53,583 nt of DNA from a virus (taxonomy: Duplodnaviria > Caudoviricetes). A model generated the notes under the pieces. It saw only the letters and a program-made list of their open reading frames with translations, searched no databases and was not told the DNA's origin. Of the stretch, positions 1 through 10,189 are shown piece after piece. The position numbers and the translations under genes are program-made. Position 1 is the first letter of the stretch. The number at the start of each line of letters is the position of its first letter. Location: positions 1-53,583 of IMG/VR virus record IMGVR_UViG_3300020172_003216; one strand, written 5' to 3'.

Positions 1-558
1 ACATACAATTCAGCCAGTGGTGGATACATAAACTTTACTGCCTCTGGTCAGCAATATGCTTCGGCCACAAGTTTTGCTTCTATCTTATCTACATACACAG
101 TGGAAGTATGGCATCTTTTCACTGGCACAGCAACTGGTACGGCACCTGTGTTGTTTGGTGAAGGTCGTAGCTCTTATAGTAATTTCATGATGGGAACCAC
201 GGGCAGCGTAGTATCGCCACTCAAAATACAGGGTGGATTTTGGAACGGTGCTTGGCAACAAGGCACAAGCAATCCTGGTGATTACTATCAACCCTCAAAT
301 GGATGGCATCAATTTGTTAACACCTATGATGGAGCAGAAATCAAGTTCTATGCCAACAACACCCTACGACTAACCAAAACACCCAGCGACTTCACAATAG
401 CAAGAAGTGGACTTGGACTGAACATAATGCGTCGTCAAGATACGGCTAATAACCATTGGGGTGGCGGAGTGAGCATTGTCAGAGTCTATGACACCGCATT
501 ATCTGCGGCTGAAATAGAGCAAAATTGGAACGCCAATAGAGGAAGATACGGACTATGA
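1..558 (+). CDS. LamG/concanavalin A-like lectin-domain protein, probable virion/tail protein (5' partial)
   Basis: Frame is open from base 1. It has WHQFVNTYDG..IKFYAN and VRVYDTALSAAEIEQNWNA, typical of LamG_3 C-termini. Confidence 0.75.
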   Translation, partial: TYNSASGGYINFTASGQQYASATSFASILSTYTVEVWHLFTGTATGTAPVLFGEGRSSYSNFMMGTTGSVVSPLKIQGGFWNGAWQQGTSNPGDYYQPSNGWHQFVNTYDGAEIKFYANNTLRLTKTPSDFTIARSGLGLNIMRRQDTANNHWGGGVSIVRVYDTALSAAEIEQNWNANRGRYGL

Positions 559-593
559 CATTTATAAGCTCAATGTAAAGCAATAAGTATAGT

Positions 594-1295
594 ATGATTA
601 TACTTTATACCTTATTAGTTACTCACATCACCATAGCCTGTGTGACACTATATCTACATCGCAGCCAAGCACATCGTGGAGTAATATTTCATCCTGCGGT
701 AGCACATTTTATGCGAGCCTGGTTATGGCTAACCACAGGAATGATTACTCGGCAATGGGTTGCTGTACATCGCAAGCATCACAGATTCTGCGAACAAGCG
801 GAAGATCCACACAGTCCGGTGCATTATGGCATCGGTCGTGTTTTGTTTCAGGGAGCTTTGTTATATCATGCGGCAAGCAAAGATAAAGCAATGGTTGATT
901 CATATGGTGCTGGTACTCCTGATGATTGGATTGAGCGCAATGTATACACGCCTCACAGTAGACTTGGCATTGGTCTTTGCCTTGTGTTCAATGTCATCGT
1001 CTTTGGCGGTATTGGCGCCATAGTATGGTTAGTACAAATGCTTTGGATTCCTATATGGGCGGCCGGCGTTATAAATGGCATAGGACATTGGTGGGGTTAT
1101 CGTAACGGTGACACCAGAGACCAAAGTAGAAACATTGTACCAATTGGTATCTTCATTGGCGGCGAGGAATTACACAACAATCATCATTTAGATCCAGCCA
1201 GTCCCAAGTTGAGCTCACAGTGGTGGGAATTTGATATTGGTTGGTTCTATATACGAGTTCTACAATCATTAAAGTTGGCAACAGTTAAAATTTAG
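594..1295 (+). CDS. desA: Membrane acyl-CoA/acyl-lipid (delta-9-type) fatty acid desaturase
   Basis: Three His boxes HRSQAH, HRKHH and HNNHH, plus DPHSP, GEELHNNHH, WWEFDIGW and hydrophobic helices. Confidence 0.9.
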   Translation: MIILYTLLVTHITIACVTLYLHRSQAHRGVIFHPAVAHFMRAWLWLTTGMITRQWVAVHRKHHRFCEQAEDPHSPVHYGIGRVLFQGALLYHAASKDKAMVDSYGAGTPDDWIERNVYTPHSRLGIGLCLVFNVIVFGGIGAIVWLVQMLWIPIWAAGVINGIGHWWGYRNGDTRDQSRNIVPIGIFIGGEELHNNHHLDPASPKLSSQWWEFDIGWFYIRVLQSLKLATVKI

Positions 1296-1303
1296 TATAT
1301 AAT
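1275..1303 (+). promoter_or_regulatory. sigma70-like promoter for primase
   Basis: TTGGCA (1275-80), 17 bp, TATAAT (1298-1303); ATG 6 nt downstream. Confidence 0.6.
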
Positions 1304-1309
1304 AACACG

Positions 1310-2335
1310 ATGTTAGACTCTATACAGCAAACGGTTTTGCAGTTGTTGCCTGCCCGCAAACGAACGGGCCAGAACGGCTGGACCAGTTTTAATGCACCTT
1401 GCTGTGTACACAATGGAGAAAGTGCCGACACCAGAGGTCGCGGTGGTATCAAGACAAATGCAGGACAAGTTAGCTATCACTGTTTCAATTGTCAGTATAA
1501 AGCCAGTTTCATTCCCGGTAGACACTTAACCTTTCGGTTCAGAAAATTACTGACCTGGTTAGGAGCAGATGATCTAACTGTACGCAGACTGGTAATTGAA
1601 GCAGTAAGACTACGAGAACTAGTAGCACCAGAAGAACTTGAACAGGTTCCAGAAGAAGAAATTGTATATGAAGCACGGACATTACCTGAACAAGCAAGAA
1701 ATGTAGTTGAACTGGCTGGTTTTTATAGCATTGGTGATTATAACAATGTACCTGCCGAATTACTAGCAGCAATAGAATATGTACATCGTAGGGCATTAGA
1801 CCCAAATCGGTATAATTTTTATTGGACTCCAGAAGAAGCATATAATCTACATCGTAGAATTGTAATTCCGTATTACTATAAACAACAAATAGTAGGCTAC
1901 ACCAGTAGAGCAATTGCAGATGGAATCAAACCCAAGTACTGGTCCAGCCATCCCGCAGACTTTGTGTTTAATTTGGATATGCAAAAGCCTGACAGTAAAT
2001 TTGTTGTAGTATGTGAAGGACCATTTGATGCCATGAGCATAGATGGAGTCAGTGTTAGTGGAGCAGAAATATCCGATACACAAGTAGATCAAATTGATAG
2101 ATTACAACGAGAAGTCGTTGTAGTGCCTGATACAGATCGTGCAGGTAAAAAATTAGTAGATCGTGCTATAGAAGCAGGATGGACTGTGAGTTTTCCTGTA
2201 TGGCAAGAAACCTGTAAAGACATCAATGAAGCTGTTGTTAAGCATGGAAAATTATTTGTATTAAAAAGTATATTGGCAGCTAGAGAAACAAGTCGATTAA
2301 AAATTGAACTTAAGAAAAAGAAGTTGTATGCTTGA
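1310..2335 (+). CDS. dnaG: DNA primase (T4 gp61-like, Zn-binding + TOPRIM)
   Basis: N-terminal PCC..YHCFNC Zn motif; TOPRIM motifs VCEGPFDAM and PDTDRAG; KDINEA; lies upstream of the helicase. Confidence 0.88.
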   Translation: MLDSIQQTVLQLLPARKRTGQNGWTSFNAPCCVHNGESADTRGRGGIKTNAGQVSYHCFNCQYKASFIPGRHLTFRFRKLLTWLGADDLTVRRLVIEAVRLRELVAPEELEQVPEEEIVYEARTLPEQARNVVELAGFYSIGDYNNVPAELLAAIEYVHRRALDPNRYNFYWTPEEAYNLHRRIVIPYYYKQQIVGYTSRAIADGIKPKYWSSHPADFVFNLDMQKPDSKFVVVCEGPFDAMSIDGVSVSGAEISDTQVDQIDRLQREVVVVPDTDRAGKKLVDRAIEAGWTVSFPVWQETCKDINEAVVKHGKLFVLKSILAARETSRLKIELKKKKLYA

Positions 2336-3221
2336 TACATTAAAAGGGTTTCATATTGAACCAACAAACATTTGCACACTAAAATGTCCTAGGTGTTCGC
2401 GAACAAAATTTATAGATAAATTTCCTAATAAATGGAAAAATCAAGAACTAAATTTAGATCAATTAATTAATTTCATTGATATTCCAATACAAAATAAATT
2501 GTTTCGTCTCTGTGGAGATTATGGTGATCCTATATATTACAGTAGACTTTTTGATTTAGTAAAATGGATAAAAACCAATAATGCAAGAATATCTTTACAC
2601 ACTAATGGTAGCTATCGCACTCGCGATTGGTGGCAAGAACTTAGCTCTCTACTAGATGAAAATGATAGTGTAGTATTTGCTATTGATGGCGTTCCTGATA
2701 ATTTTACCACCTACAGAATAAATGCCGATTGGGAATCAATACAAATTGGTATAGAAGTTGCTTCAAAGAAAGCACATACTGTGTGGCAATATATACCGTT
2801 TAAATATAATGTGGACTATATTGAAGCAGCAAAAAGTCTAAGTCAACAACTAGGAGTAAAAGAATTTTTAATTTTAGATAGTTCTCGTTGGGATTCTGAA
2901 GATGATCCTTATCGACCTAGTAGTACCTCAAATGACAAAGAAATAAAATTTCAAAAAAACCTAAGATCACAAAATATTAGTCCTAGATGTAAGCAAACAA
3001 ATTCTGATCATTTTATTACTGCAGATGGATTTTATGCTCCGTGTTGTCATGTGCCTAATCATAACTTTTATTATAAATCTGAATTCTACAAAGACAGAGA
3101 AAACTACGATATAAGTAAAACAACACTTACACAAATTCTTGCAAGAACAAACAATTTTTATAACAATTTAGAAACAAATAAACCAATTTATTGCATTTAC
3201 AACTGTCCAAAATATGACTAA
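2328..3221 (+). CDS. Radical SAM enzyme with C-terminal SPASM/twitch-like Cys cluster
   Basis: CTLKCPRC (CxxxCxxC), GDYGDP, HTNG; C-terminal PRC..GFYAPCC..CIYNC. Start set at the ATG overlapping the primase stop. Confidence 0.85.
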   Translation: MLDTLKGFHIEPTNICTLKCPRCSRTKFIDKFPNKWKNQELNLDQLINFIDIPIQNKLFRLCGDYGDPIYYSRLFDLVKWIKTNNARISLHTNGSYRTRDWWQELSSLLDENDSVVFAIDGVPDNFTTYRINADWESIQIGIEVASKKAHTVWQYIPFKYNVDYIEAAKSLSQQLGVKEFLILDSSRWDSEDDPYRPSSTSNDKEIKFQKNLRSQNISPRCKQTNSDHFITADGFYAPCCHVPNHNFYYKSEFYKDRENYDISKTTLTQILARTNNFYNNLETNKPIYCIYNCPKYD

Positions 3222-4647
3222 AGATTATAACCCTGAGATTCAACGACTGTTTTTAGAAATGATGCTGCAAGACGCAGAAACTTATGTGCGTGTACAGAAC
3301 ATTTACAATGCAGAAAACTTTGATAGAAGTTTGCGAGAAGCAGCCCGCTTTATTAAAAAACACAGCGACGATCATAAAACATTGCCTGCTAGAGAACAGA
3401 TAAAGGCCACATGTGGTATAGAACTGAGAGAAGTACCTGAACTCAAAGATGGACACTATGAGTGGTTCCTAACAGAATTTGAAAGCTTTAGTCGTAAACA
3501 AGAACTAGAGCGAGCCATTTTACAAGCCGCAGACATGATCGAAAAAGGTGAGTTTGATCCTGTAGAAAAATTGATCAAAGATGCTGTGCAAATCAGTCTT
3601 ACCAAAGACATGGGCACAGACTATTTTGCCGATCCGTCTGCTCGTATCAACAAGTATTTTAATAGTGGTGGACAAGTAAGTACAGGATGGCCCAGTCTTG
3701 ATAAACTGTTGTATGGTGGATTCAGCAGAGGAGAACTAAACATCTTTGCTGGTGGATCAGGATCTGGTAAATCTCTTGTTATGATGAATATTGCCTTGAA
3801 CTGGCTACAATCAGGATTAAACGGTGTTTATATTACACTGGAACTGAGTGAAGAACTGACCAGCTTGCGTACTGATGCCATGTTGTCCAATATGAGCACA
3901 AAAGATATTCGTAAGGACATTGATACTACCACACTCAAAGTAAAAATGGTAGGCAAGAAAGCTGGAACATATCAAGTCAAAGGATTACCTGCACAAAGCA
4001 ATATCAATGACATACGTGCTTATCTCAAAGAATATCAAATTCAAACAGGTCGTCAAGTGGACTTTATCATGATTGATTATCTAGACTTGCTGATGCCAGT
4101 CAGTGCCAAAGTTAGTCCCAACGACTTGTTTGTGAAAGACAAGTATGTTAGTGAAGAACTACGCAATTTAGCCAAAGAACTAGGCATGTTGATGGTAACG
4201 GCTAGTCAGCTGAATAGATCAGCAGTAGAAGAAGTTGAATTTGATCACAGCCATATATCAGGTGGTATCAGTAAAATTAACACAGCAGATAACGTGTTTG
4301 GTATTTTTACAAGTAGAGCCATGCGTGAGCGTGGTCGCTATCAAATCCAGTGTATGAAAAGTCGTAGTAGTACAGGTGTGGGCATGAAAGTGGATTTAGA
4401 ATATAATATTGAAACCATGCGTATTACTGATCCCGGCCCAGATGCACAAAGTGAAAATGGTGGTCAGGGATTCCGTACAAGTAGTCAGATTATGGATCAG
4501 ATTAAAACATCTGCCGCAACAACCAGCCCGCCTATGATTGCAGCCAAACCCAAGCCAGGATTTGAGTTAGAAAAGTCTGTACATGCAACAGTTGATAACA
4601 GTAAACTTAAACAAATGCTTGCTGGTTTAAAAACTAAAGCTGAATAA
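3214..4647 (+). CDS. dnaB: Replicative DNA helicase (DnaB / T4 gp41-like)
   Basis: Walker A GGSGSGKS, ITLELSE, Walker B IMIDYLD, TASQLNR, MKSRSS. Confidence 0.92.
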   Translation: MTKDYNPEIQRLFLEMMLQDAETYVRVQNIYNAENFDRSLREAARFIKKHSDDHKTLPAREQIKATCGIELREVPELKDGHYEWFLTEFESFSRKQELERAILQAADMIEKGEFDPVEKLIKDAVQISLTKDMGTDYFADPSARINKYFNSGGQVSTGWPSLDKLLYGGFSRGELNIFAGGSGSGKSLVMMNIALNWLQSGLNGVYITLELSEELTSLRTDAMLSNMSTKDIRKDIDTTTLKVKMVGKKAGTYQVKGLPAQSNINDIRAYLKEYQIQTGRQVDFIMIDYLDLLMPVSAKVSPNDLFVKDKYVSEELRNLAKELGMLMVTASQLNRSAVEEVEFDHSHISGGISKINTADNVFGIFTSRAMRERGRYQIQCMKSRSSTGVGMKVDLEYNIETMRITDPGPDAQSENGGQGFRTSSQIMDQIKTSAATTSPPMIAAKPKPGFELEKSVHATVDNSKLKQMLAGLKTKAE

Positions 4648-4668
4648 AAATACTAGAAAGATATACAA

Positions 4669-5790
4669 ATGGCTGACCTTTATTGTCCAATGATCCACGG
4701 CGGACTTAATATTAATTTTAAAAACAACAATGGAGAGTTGGGCATAAATCAATGTTGTTTAAGTACCGAACCTTTAATGAGTTTAGACAATGATAAAATA
4801 TGGAAAAATTTAAAATTTACTAGTTTAAGAGAAGTAAACAATCAAAATCAATGGGATCCTAACTGTTGGGAGTGCAGACAGATTGAAGCTGGGGGACTTA
4901 AAAGTTTTAGAAAATCAATGCTCGAACACTACGGAAAAAAATATAACTTGTCTGGCCCGTTGAGAATTGATTTTTTATTTGATAGAGGTTGTAATTTAGC
5001 TTGTACTATTTGCGGTCCTGAGAGTAGTACTTTATGGCAACAATATCTAAAACAAAATAATATGTCCTACACTAATTTAAATAATTCTACGGACGTAGAC
5101 AAAGTAATATCTGCATTAAAAACTCTAGATTTATCTAACCTGGAACAGGTACATTTTTGTGGTGGTGAAACATTGTTAGGAACTTCATACTGGAAATTAG
5201 CTGAAGCGTTGGCCGAGCTTGTGCCCGATGCTGGAAAAAAACTTTTGGTAGGATTCCAAACAAATGGCACTCAATCAATAAATCCAAAATATTATAAAAT
5301 AATAGAAAAATTTCATCTAGTAAAAATTTTTATCAGTATAGATGGGGTAGAACAAAAATTTAATTATCTTAGATGGCCTGGCGACTGGAATCAAATGACA
5401 CAAAATATCATGCAAATGAGAGAAAAACTACCTGTGAATGTAATGTTTTGTATCACAGAAACTTTGAGTAATTTTAGTTTATTCTATTCTGGCGAAGTTG
5501 CAGCATGGATAAAAAATAATTTTCATGCAAATAGATTGGGCGATATAGTTGAGCATTCGCAGCAGTTAGCAGTACATAACTTGCTTGGTATAGATGCAAT
5601 AACAGAGGAGTATGCCCAGGTTATCAAAGATAGGAATACTAAACAAATGCTTCCAAATAACTGGAAGGAAAATCCAAGCAAAATTAAAAAAATGCTGTCA
5701 GAAACTGAAAAACATGATCAAATTAGAGGACAAAACTGGAAAAATACATTTCCTGAGATTGTGCAATACTATTCTCGATATTTACAATAA
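4669..5790 (+). CDS. Radical SAM enzyme with N-terminal twitch-like Cys domain
   Basis: CNLACTIC..SS, GGETL, QTNG, ISIDG; N-terminal YCP..QCC..CWEC. Confidence 0.85.
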   Translation: MADLYCPMIHGGLNINFKNNNGELGINQCCLSTEPLMSLDNDKIWKNLKFTSLREVNNQNQWDPNCWECRQIEAGGLKSFRKSMLEHYGKKYNLSGPLRIDFLFDRGCNLACTICGPESSTLWQQYLKQNNMSYTNLNNSTDVDKVISALKTLDLSNLEQVHFCGGETLLGTSYWKLAEALAELVPDAGKKLLVGFQTNGTQSINPKYYKIIEKFHLVKIFISIDGVEQKFNYLRWPGDWNQMTQNIMQMREKLPVNVMFCITETLSNFSLFYSGEVAAWIKNNFHANRLGDIVEHSQQLAVHNLLGIDAITEEYAQVIKDRNTKQMLPNNWKENPSKIKKMLSETEKHDQIRGQNWKNTFPEIVQYYSRYLQ

Positions 5791-5812
5791 ATATCTAATA
5801 ACGGAGTAGATT

Positions 5813-6061
5813 TTGCAAAAACGCACCCGCAGCATCTTAGATGAATTAGCCCACATGCCCGTGAGTAAAGATCGGGAAAATCTAGTGGAAAGTCGTGCTA
5901 GTCATGTTATTCAAGGTGCTATTAATTTGATTAATTATATTAAAGAAAATTACGATGCAGAGCAATCAGCTGAACTAGAACGCAGATTGCTTAACAGTAT
6001 TCGTGCTCAAGATCCTGCAAAATTCGCCCGTGGAGTCAGGAGATTTAAGCGTGAAGATTAA
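5813..6061 (+). CDS. Hypothetical phage protein
   Basis: TTG start with GGAG RBS, downstream of an ATAAATA box (5787-93). Confidence 0.7.
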   Translation: MQKRTRSILDELAHMPVSKDRENLVESRASHVIQGAINLINYIKENYDAEQSAELERRLLNSIRAQDPAKFARGVRRFKRED

Positions 6062-6713
6062 AGACATTGTTAACGAAGTTGGTACTAAAAGGGTTAAAGA
6101 TCCTTATTCATACGATTACGAAAAAGATCCCGAAACTGGAGAATACACTGGTAGGGAAGTACCCGACCCAAACTCTTTTGCAACTATGCTAAAAGGTGTT
6201 GGTGATAGATTAGGTGCCGGGTCAGGCAGCATGTGGGTGGATGCACCCGATGACAACGATCCAGAAAGAATTAGCCGCTATAAAGTAAAACCAGGTTTTA
6301 AGCTAACTGTTAATACCAAAGACGGAAGAGAATATTACAAACTTCCAGCCAAACCGGGAGCAAAAGATCCCACTGGATATTGGACAGATGCAGAAGGACG
6401 AGAAATATTTGCTGATGAATCAGTTAAAGCGTTGGAATCCTTGGTTAACAAAAACGGTAGATTGAGTGAAATACCAGACCAAACGCAAGAACCAGAATCC
6501 CCAATCGCTTCAGCCGATGAACCAATGCCTTCATCCACAGAAACGCCCTTGCATTCAGACATATCTGTAATGCAATCGTGGCCATTGGTTCTACAGTACA
6601 AAGGTAAGAGATTTGAAATGGATGACTTTGGAATATGGCATCCATTTGGTACAACAGGTAAAGTAACCCCTGCCTTGCAAACTTTCTTGACCAAAGAGAG
6701 AGGAAAGTTATAA
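6051..6713 (+). CDS. Hypothetical protein, possible head-internal protein
   Basis: GTG start at 6051 with AGGAG (6038-42) gives N-terminus MKIKDIVNE. Confidence 0.65.
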   Translation: MKIKDIVNEVGTKRVKDPYSYDYEKDPETGEYTGREVPDPNSFATMLKGVGDRLGAGSGSMWVDAPDDNDPERISRYKVKPGFKLTVNTKDGREYYKLPAKPGAKDPTGYWTDAEGREIFADESVKALESLVNKNGRLSEIPDQTQEPESPIASADEPMPSSTETPLHSDISVMQSWPLVLQYKGKRFEMDDFGIWHPFGTTGKVTPALQTFLTKERGKL

Positions 6714-7456
6714 TGCAAATAAACGAAGGCGGTCATGTATTTAAAAGTCCCGATGGCCAGCCACTAACACAGCGTATCAATCGCGAAGATGTTCCGGCTA
6801 CCATTAAATGGATCGAACATGTATCGGATATTAGATTTCCTGAAGAATCCTGGTTAGGAACAACAGGAAGAAAAGCAAGTTCCGGCGATCTAGACTTAGC
6901 TGTTGACGAAACAGCTATAGACAAAGATACACTAATTAAAGTTTTACTGTCATCTGGTGTTGATGCCAAGGCAATTAAAAAATCTGGTGATAGCGTACAC
7001 ATAATGGTTCCAATTGGTGGTAGACTAGGACAAGGGTATGTACAGGCTGATTTGATGTTTGGTGATCCTAAATGGCAAGCATTTAGTATGAGCGGTGGCG
7101 CCGAAGGCAGTCAATTGACTGGAATGAGTCGTCATGTTATATTGGCCAGCATTGTTTCTGCATTGCAACCTGGTTTGAAGTGGAGTTATAAACACGGACT
7201 AGTTGACCGTATAACCAATACCACTATTGAAGATGGTAAAAGTCCTGCTACATTAAGCAAGATCACTGGCATACCTGCTGTCAAATTGAATTCAGCCGAC
7301 GATATCATTGATGCAATTAGTAAACGTCCCGACTACGATCAATTGATCGCCGCAGCCAGAGAAACTCTTGCCAAGAGTAATATACAACTACCAGAAGCAG
7401 CACCTGCACCGGGCACAGCAGCTTGGTTTAGAACATATACGGATAAATTAACATAA
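6713..7456 (+). CDS. Pol beta-superfamily nucleotidyltransferase-like protein
   Basis: LGTTGRKASSGDLDLAV fits hG[S/T]x(n)DhD; a third carboxylate in VQADLM. Confidence 0.65.
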   Translation: MQINEGGHVFKSPDGQPLTQRINREDVPATIKWIEHVSDIRFPEESWLGTTGRKASSGDLDLAVDETAIDKDTLIKVLLSSGVDAKAIKKSGDSVHIMVPIGGRLGQGYVQADLMFGDPKWQAFSMSGGAEGSQLTGMSRHVILASIVSALQPGLKWSYKHGLVDRITNTTIEDGKSPATLSKITGIPAVKLNSADDIIDAISKRPDYDQLIAAARETLAKSNIQLPEAAPAPGTAAWFRTYTDKLT

Positions 7457-8568
7457 TGCATTTTGAATTTGTTGAGTACTTAATGGAAGCTACCAATCCT
7501 AGGACCCCACATCCCGAGGATGCAATACTGTCTGGCAGTGCTGCTGCGGCTCAACAAATCGCCGGATTAAAATCTGTAATATCTAATCCTAGAAACCTTA
7601 CTATCAAATGGGATGGAAAGCCGGCTCTCATATTTGGTAGAGACAAGGATGGTCAATTGGCGGTCATGGACAAATACATGTTTGATGCAGGATTCCTTGC
7701 TAAAAATGTAGACGATTGGAAACGCTATGATTCACAAAAAGCATCAGGTAATTTAAGAGGCAGTCTTTACGGTCTACTAGAAGCAATATGGCCGGCATTA
7801 AATCAAGCAACACAAGGACCAGGATTTTATTGGGGTGATTTATTATATGCGGGACAACTACAACCTCAACAAGGCAAGTTTGTATTTCAGCCAAACCTAG
7901 TTGAATATAGAGTAGCTACCAATAGCCCATTAGGAAAACAAATTACAGGTACCATTGGTGGTATTGTTGTACATCAGTATTTTGATCAAGTTGGTGGTCA
8001 GCCTGCACAATGGAATGGCAACGGATTAGCAAACGTACCAGGCGGTATGGCCATAATTTCACCAACTGCTGGTAATAAGTTTACTTTAAAAACTCCAGTA
8101 CAACAAGAACGAGCAGCAGAATCTGCTTTAAAAAAATATGGCGCGGCAGTTGATGAACTATTAGCATCTGTTCCGCAAAGCACTAGAGATAGAATTAAAA
8201 CATACTTTAATAAATTTATTACACGACAAACAAACGAGCCATTACATACTTGGTTGGCAGCGAATGTCAGTAAAGTACAATACAATGCATTAGCTGGCGA
8301 CGATTTTACAGGAAAGTTGTTTGCACAAACTCCTGACAAAGAAATAGTTGAAAGCCCTGCCTACGTTGGATTAAAGGCTATTTGGAATAATATATATGCC
8401 TTTAAACAAAATCTAGCTAAACAGTTAGCAGCACAAGTACAAGGCATTGAAGAATATGTTAGTGGGCAACCAGCAGGCGAAGGCTTTGTATTTCCCACAT
8501 CAAGCGGATTAGTAAAGATTGTAGATCGCGAAGTATTCAGCGCCGCAAATTTTGCAAAAAATAACTAA
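7456..8568 (+). CDS. ATP-dependent ligase-like (covalent nucleotidyltransferase) protein, DUF6267-like
   Basis: Motif I TIKWDG, motif III-like WGDLL, motif IV GEGFV, motif V LVKIVDR. Confidence 0.6.
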   Translation: MHFEFVEYLMEATNPRTPHPEDAILSGSAAAAQQIAGLKSVISNPRNLTIKWDGKPALIFGRDKDGQLAVMDKYMFDAGFLAKNVDDWKRYDSQKASGNLRGSLYGLLEAIWPALNQATQGPGFYWGDLLYAGQLQPQQGKFVFQPNLVEYRVATNSPLGKQITGTIGGIVVHQYFDQVGGQPAQWNGNGLANVPGGMAIISPTAGNKFTLKTPVQQERAAESALKKYGAAVDELLASVPQSTRDRIKTYFNKFITRQTNEPLHTWLAANVSKVQYNALAGDDFTGKLFAQTPDKEIVESPAYVGLKAIWNNIYAFKQNLAKQLAAQVQGIEEYVSGQPAGEGFVFPTSSGLVKIVDREVFSAANFAKNN

Positions 8569-9164
8569 TGAATTCAAAAAATTATTATATACCTCTTAAT
8601 TTACCTAATATTTCTGATGAATTAAAGCTACAAGAGGACATTGAGAGATTTCTTACATTTAATAATATGATTTGGTTCACGTTAGGAGGACATGTTATTC
8701 CTAATACAGCGATAGATTTTTTTAAAAAATTAGGATTAACAGCATCAAAAGAAAAAAGTATTTTGTATATTCAAGAAGCTCAAGAAAGACATAAAATTCA
8801 TATGGATTCTGATAACTCACTGACCGATGAGCATGATACAAAATACTTTAGAAATTTTGCAGTAAATTGGGTTTGGGGCGGAAAAACTATTATGGAATGG
8901 TATAACTTTCGAGGAAAATATAAGCCATATAAGGAAAAATTTTACGATCAATCGTATTTGTGGGTATATAACGAAGATTGTAGATTACTATTTAAGGACG
9001 AATTACAAGGTGCTAATCTAGTAAATTTAGACAAATATCATACAGTTTACAATAATTCACCTTACACTAGATATTGTTTAAGTGTCGCACCAGAGGAGAA
9101 CATAACTTACGAAGAAATGGCGGAACTTTGTGCTAGAAAAAAAGGTTTAATACGCGAAATTTAA
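8568..9164 (+). CDS. Hypothetical protein, possible cupin/2OG-Fe(II) oxygenase fold
   Basis: IHMD (HxD), then YHTV..N...RYCLS; AT-rich. Confidence 0.45.
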   Translation: MNSKNYYIPLNLPNISDELKLQEDIERFLTFNNMIWFTLGGHVIPNTAIDFFKKLGLTASKEKSILYIQEAQERHKIHMDSDNSLTDEHDTKYFRNFAVNWVWGGKTIMEWYNFRGKYKPYKEKFYDQSYLWVYNEDCRLLFKDELQGANLVNLDKYHTVYNNSPYTRYCLSVAPEENITYEEMAELCARKKGLIREI

Positions 9165-9171
9165 CAATTGG

Positions 9172-9179
9172 TATAAATA
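9172..9179 (+). promoter_or_regulatory. T4-type late promoter
   Basis: Exact TATAAATA upstream of a 5' hairpin and AAGGAG RBS. Confidence 0.75.
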
Positions 9180-9218
9180 CAAACATGCGGTAAACGCAAA
9201 ATTTTAAGGAGAAATAAC

Positions 9219-9656
9219 ATGCCAATCGGAGTAACTAAAGTAAATGGCGATACAGGTGGCGTAAACAACGTCGATGGTGGTCGCATTCTAACAAACGCAG
9301 CAATTATCAGCACTGGTGTTGTTGGCCCAGTTAATGCATACAACATTCAGGTTGTTGCAGGTAATCTAGCAGCAGAACTAAGCCGCGGTACCAATGGTAC
9401 AGCAGGTGCAGTAGAAACACTATTAACAGCAATTTCTGCTAATGCAAGTATTTTAGCATATCAAGTTGATATTGGTGCAAGTGCAGCTAATACTCAGTTA
9501 AGCGTTATCACTGAGCGTAGTTCATGGACAAGTGCCCTAGCAATGCAAGTTGCATTACGTGCTACCTTGGCAAGCAACATTGGTGCAAACGGTCCAATCA
9601 CAACAACCACTATGGATGTTCGTAATGTTGGTATCAAACTAGCAGCATCAAGCTAA
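9219..9656 (+). CDS. Small Ala/Gly/Thr-rich late protein (probable virion protein), MPIG paralog 1
   Basis: Late promoter, strong RBS and own terminator; composition typical of structural proteins. Confidence 0.7.
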   Translation: MPIGVTKVNGDTGGVNNVDGGRILTNAAIISTGVVGPVNAYNIQVVAGNLAAELSRGTNGTAGAVETLLTAISANASILAYQVDIGASAANTQLSVITERSSWTSALAMQVALRATLASNIGANGPITTTTMDVRNVGIKLAASS

Positions 9657-9671
9657 TCAGAACTTTGTTCT

Positions 9672-9702
9672 AAAAAAAAGCAGACTTCGGTCTGCTTTTT
9701 TT
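9672..9702 (+). terminator. Rho-independent terminator (possibly bidirectional)
   Basis: A8-GCAGAC-TTCG-GTCTGC-T7 with a C(UUCG)G tetraloop. Confidence 0.9.
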
Positions 9703-9710
9703 GTGACCAG

Positions 9711-9718
9711 CATAAATA
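9711..9718 (+). promoter_or_regulatory. Late promoter
   Basis: CATAAATA in the same context as the 9172 box. Confidence 0.65.
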
Positions 9719-9759
9719 TTAACATGCGGTAATACGCAAATAATTTAGGAGAAATAAAA

Positions 9760-10140
9760 ATGCCAATCGGAATTGATCGTAGCGCAGGTTATAATTATGG
9801 TGGAGCCACTGGTTTATTAAATGGTATAGCAGCAACTAGTGCTCGTAGTCAAGAAGTCGGACAAAGTGTAGCACTATATCTAGTAGATGCTGGATTAGAT
9901 TTAAGTGGAGAAGATGATGCAGCAAACGAGGCGTTTGAAGCAATTATTTTAACAATGCCACCAGTTTTAGCATACTATGCTCATGCAACATCTGGTGCAA
10001 TTAGTTTTATTTGCGACGGTGTAAATGCACCAGCAGCATCAGCATTACAAACTGCCATCCAAGCAATTGGAACCAAAAAAGGTTTAGTAAACTTAGGTAG
10101 CACAACTGTCACAGCTGGTACCAGCTTTGTAGTAGCATAA
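9760..10140 (+). CDS. Small Ala/Gly-rich late protein (probable virion protein), MPIG paralog 2
   Basis: Shares MPIG start, leader and terminator with 9219-9656; GAVETLLTAI..ILAY aligns with EAFEAIILTM..VLAY. Confidence 0.7.
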   Translation: MPIGIDRSAGYNYGGATGLLNGIAATSARSQEVGQSVALYLVDAGLDLSGEDDAANEAFEAIILTMPPVLAYYAHATSGAISFICDGVNAPAASALQTAIQAIGTKKGLVNLGSTTVTAGTSFVVA

Positions 10141-10156
10141 TAAAATATGCATTAAT

Positions 10157-10184
10157 AAAAAGCAGACCTTGGTCTGCTTTTTTT
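10157..10184 (+). terminator. Rho-independent terminator
   Basis: A5-GCAGAC-CTTG-GTCTGC-T7; same stem as 9680-9695. Confidence 0.88.
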
Positions 10185-10189
10185 ATGAC

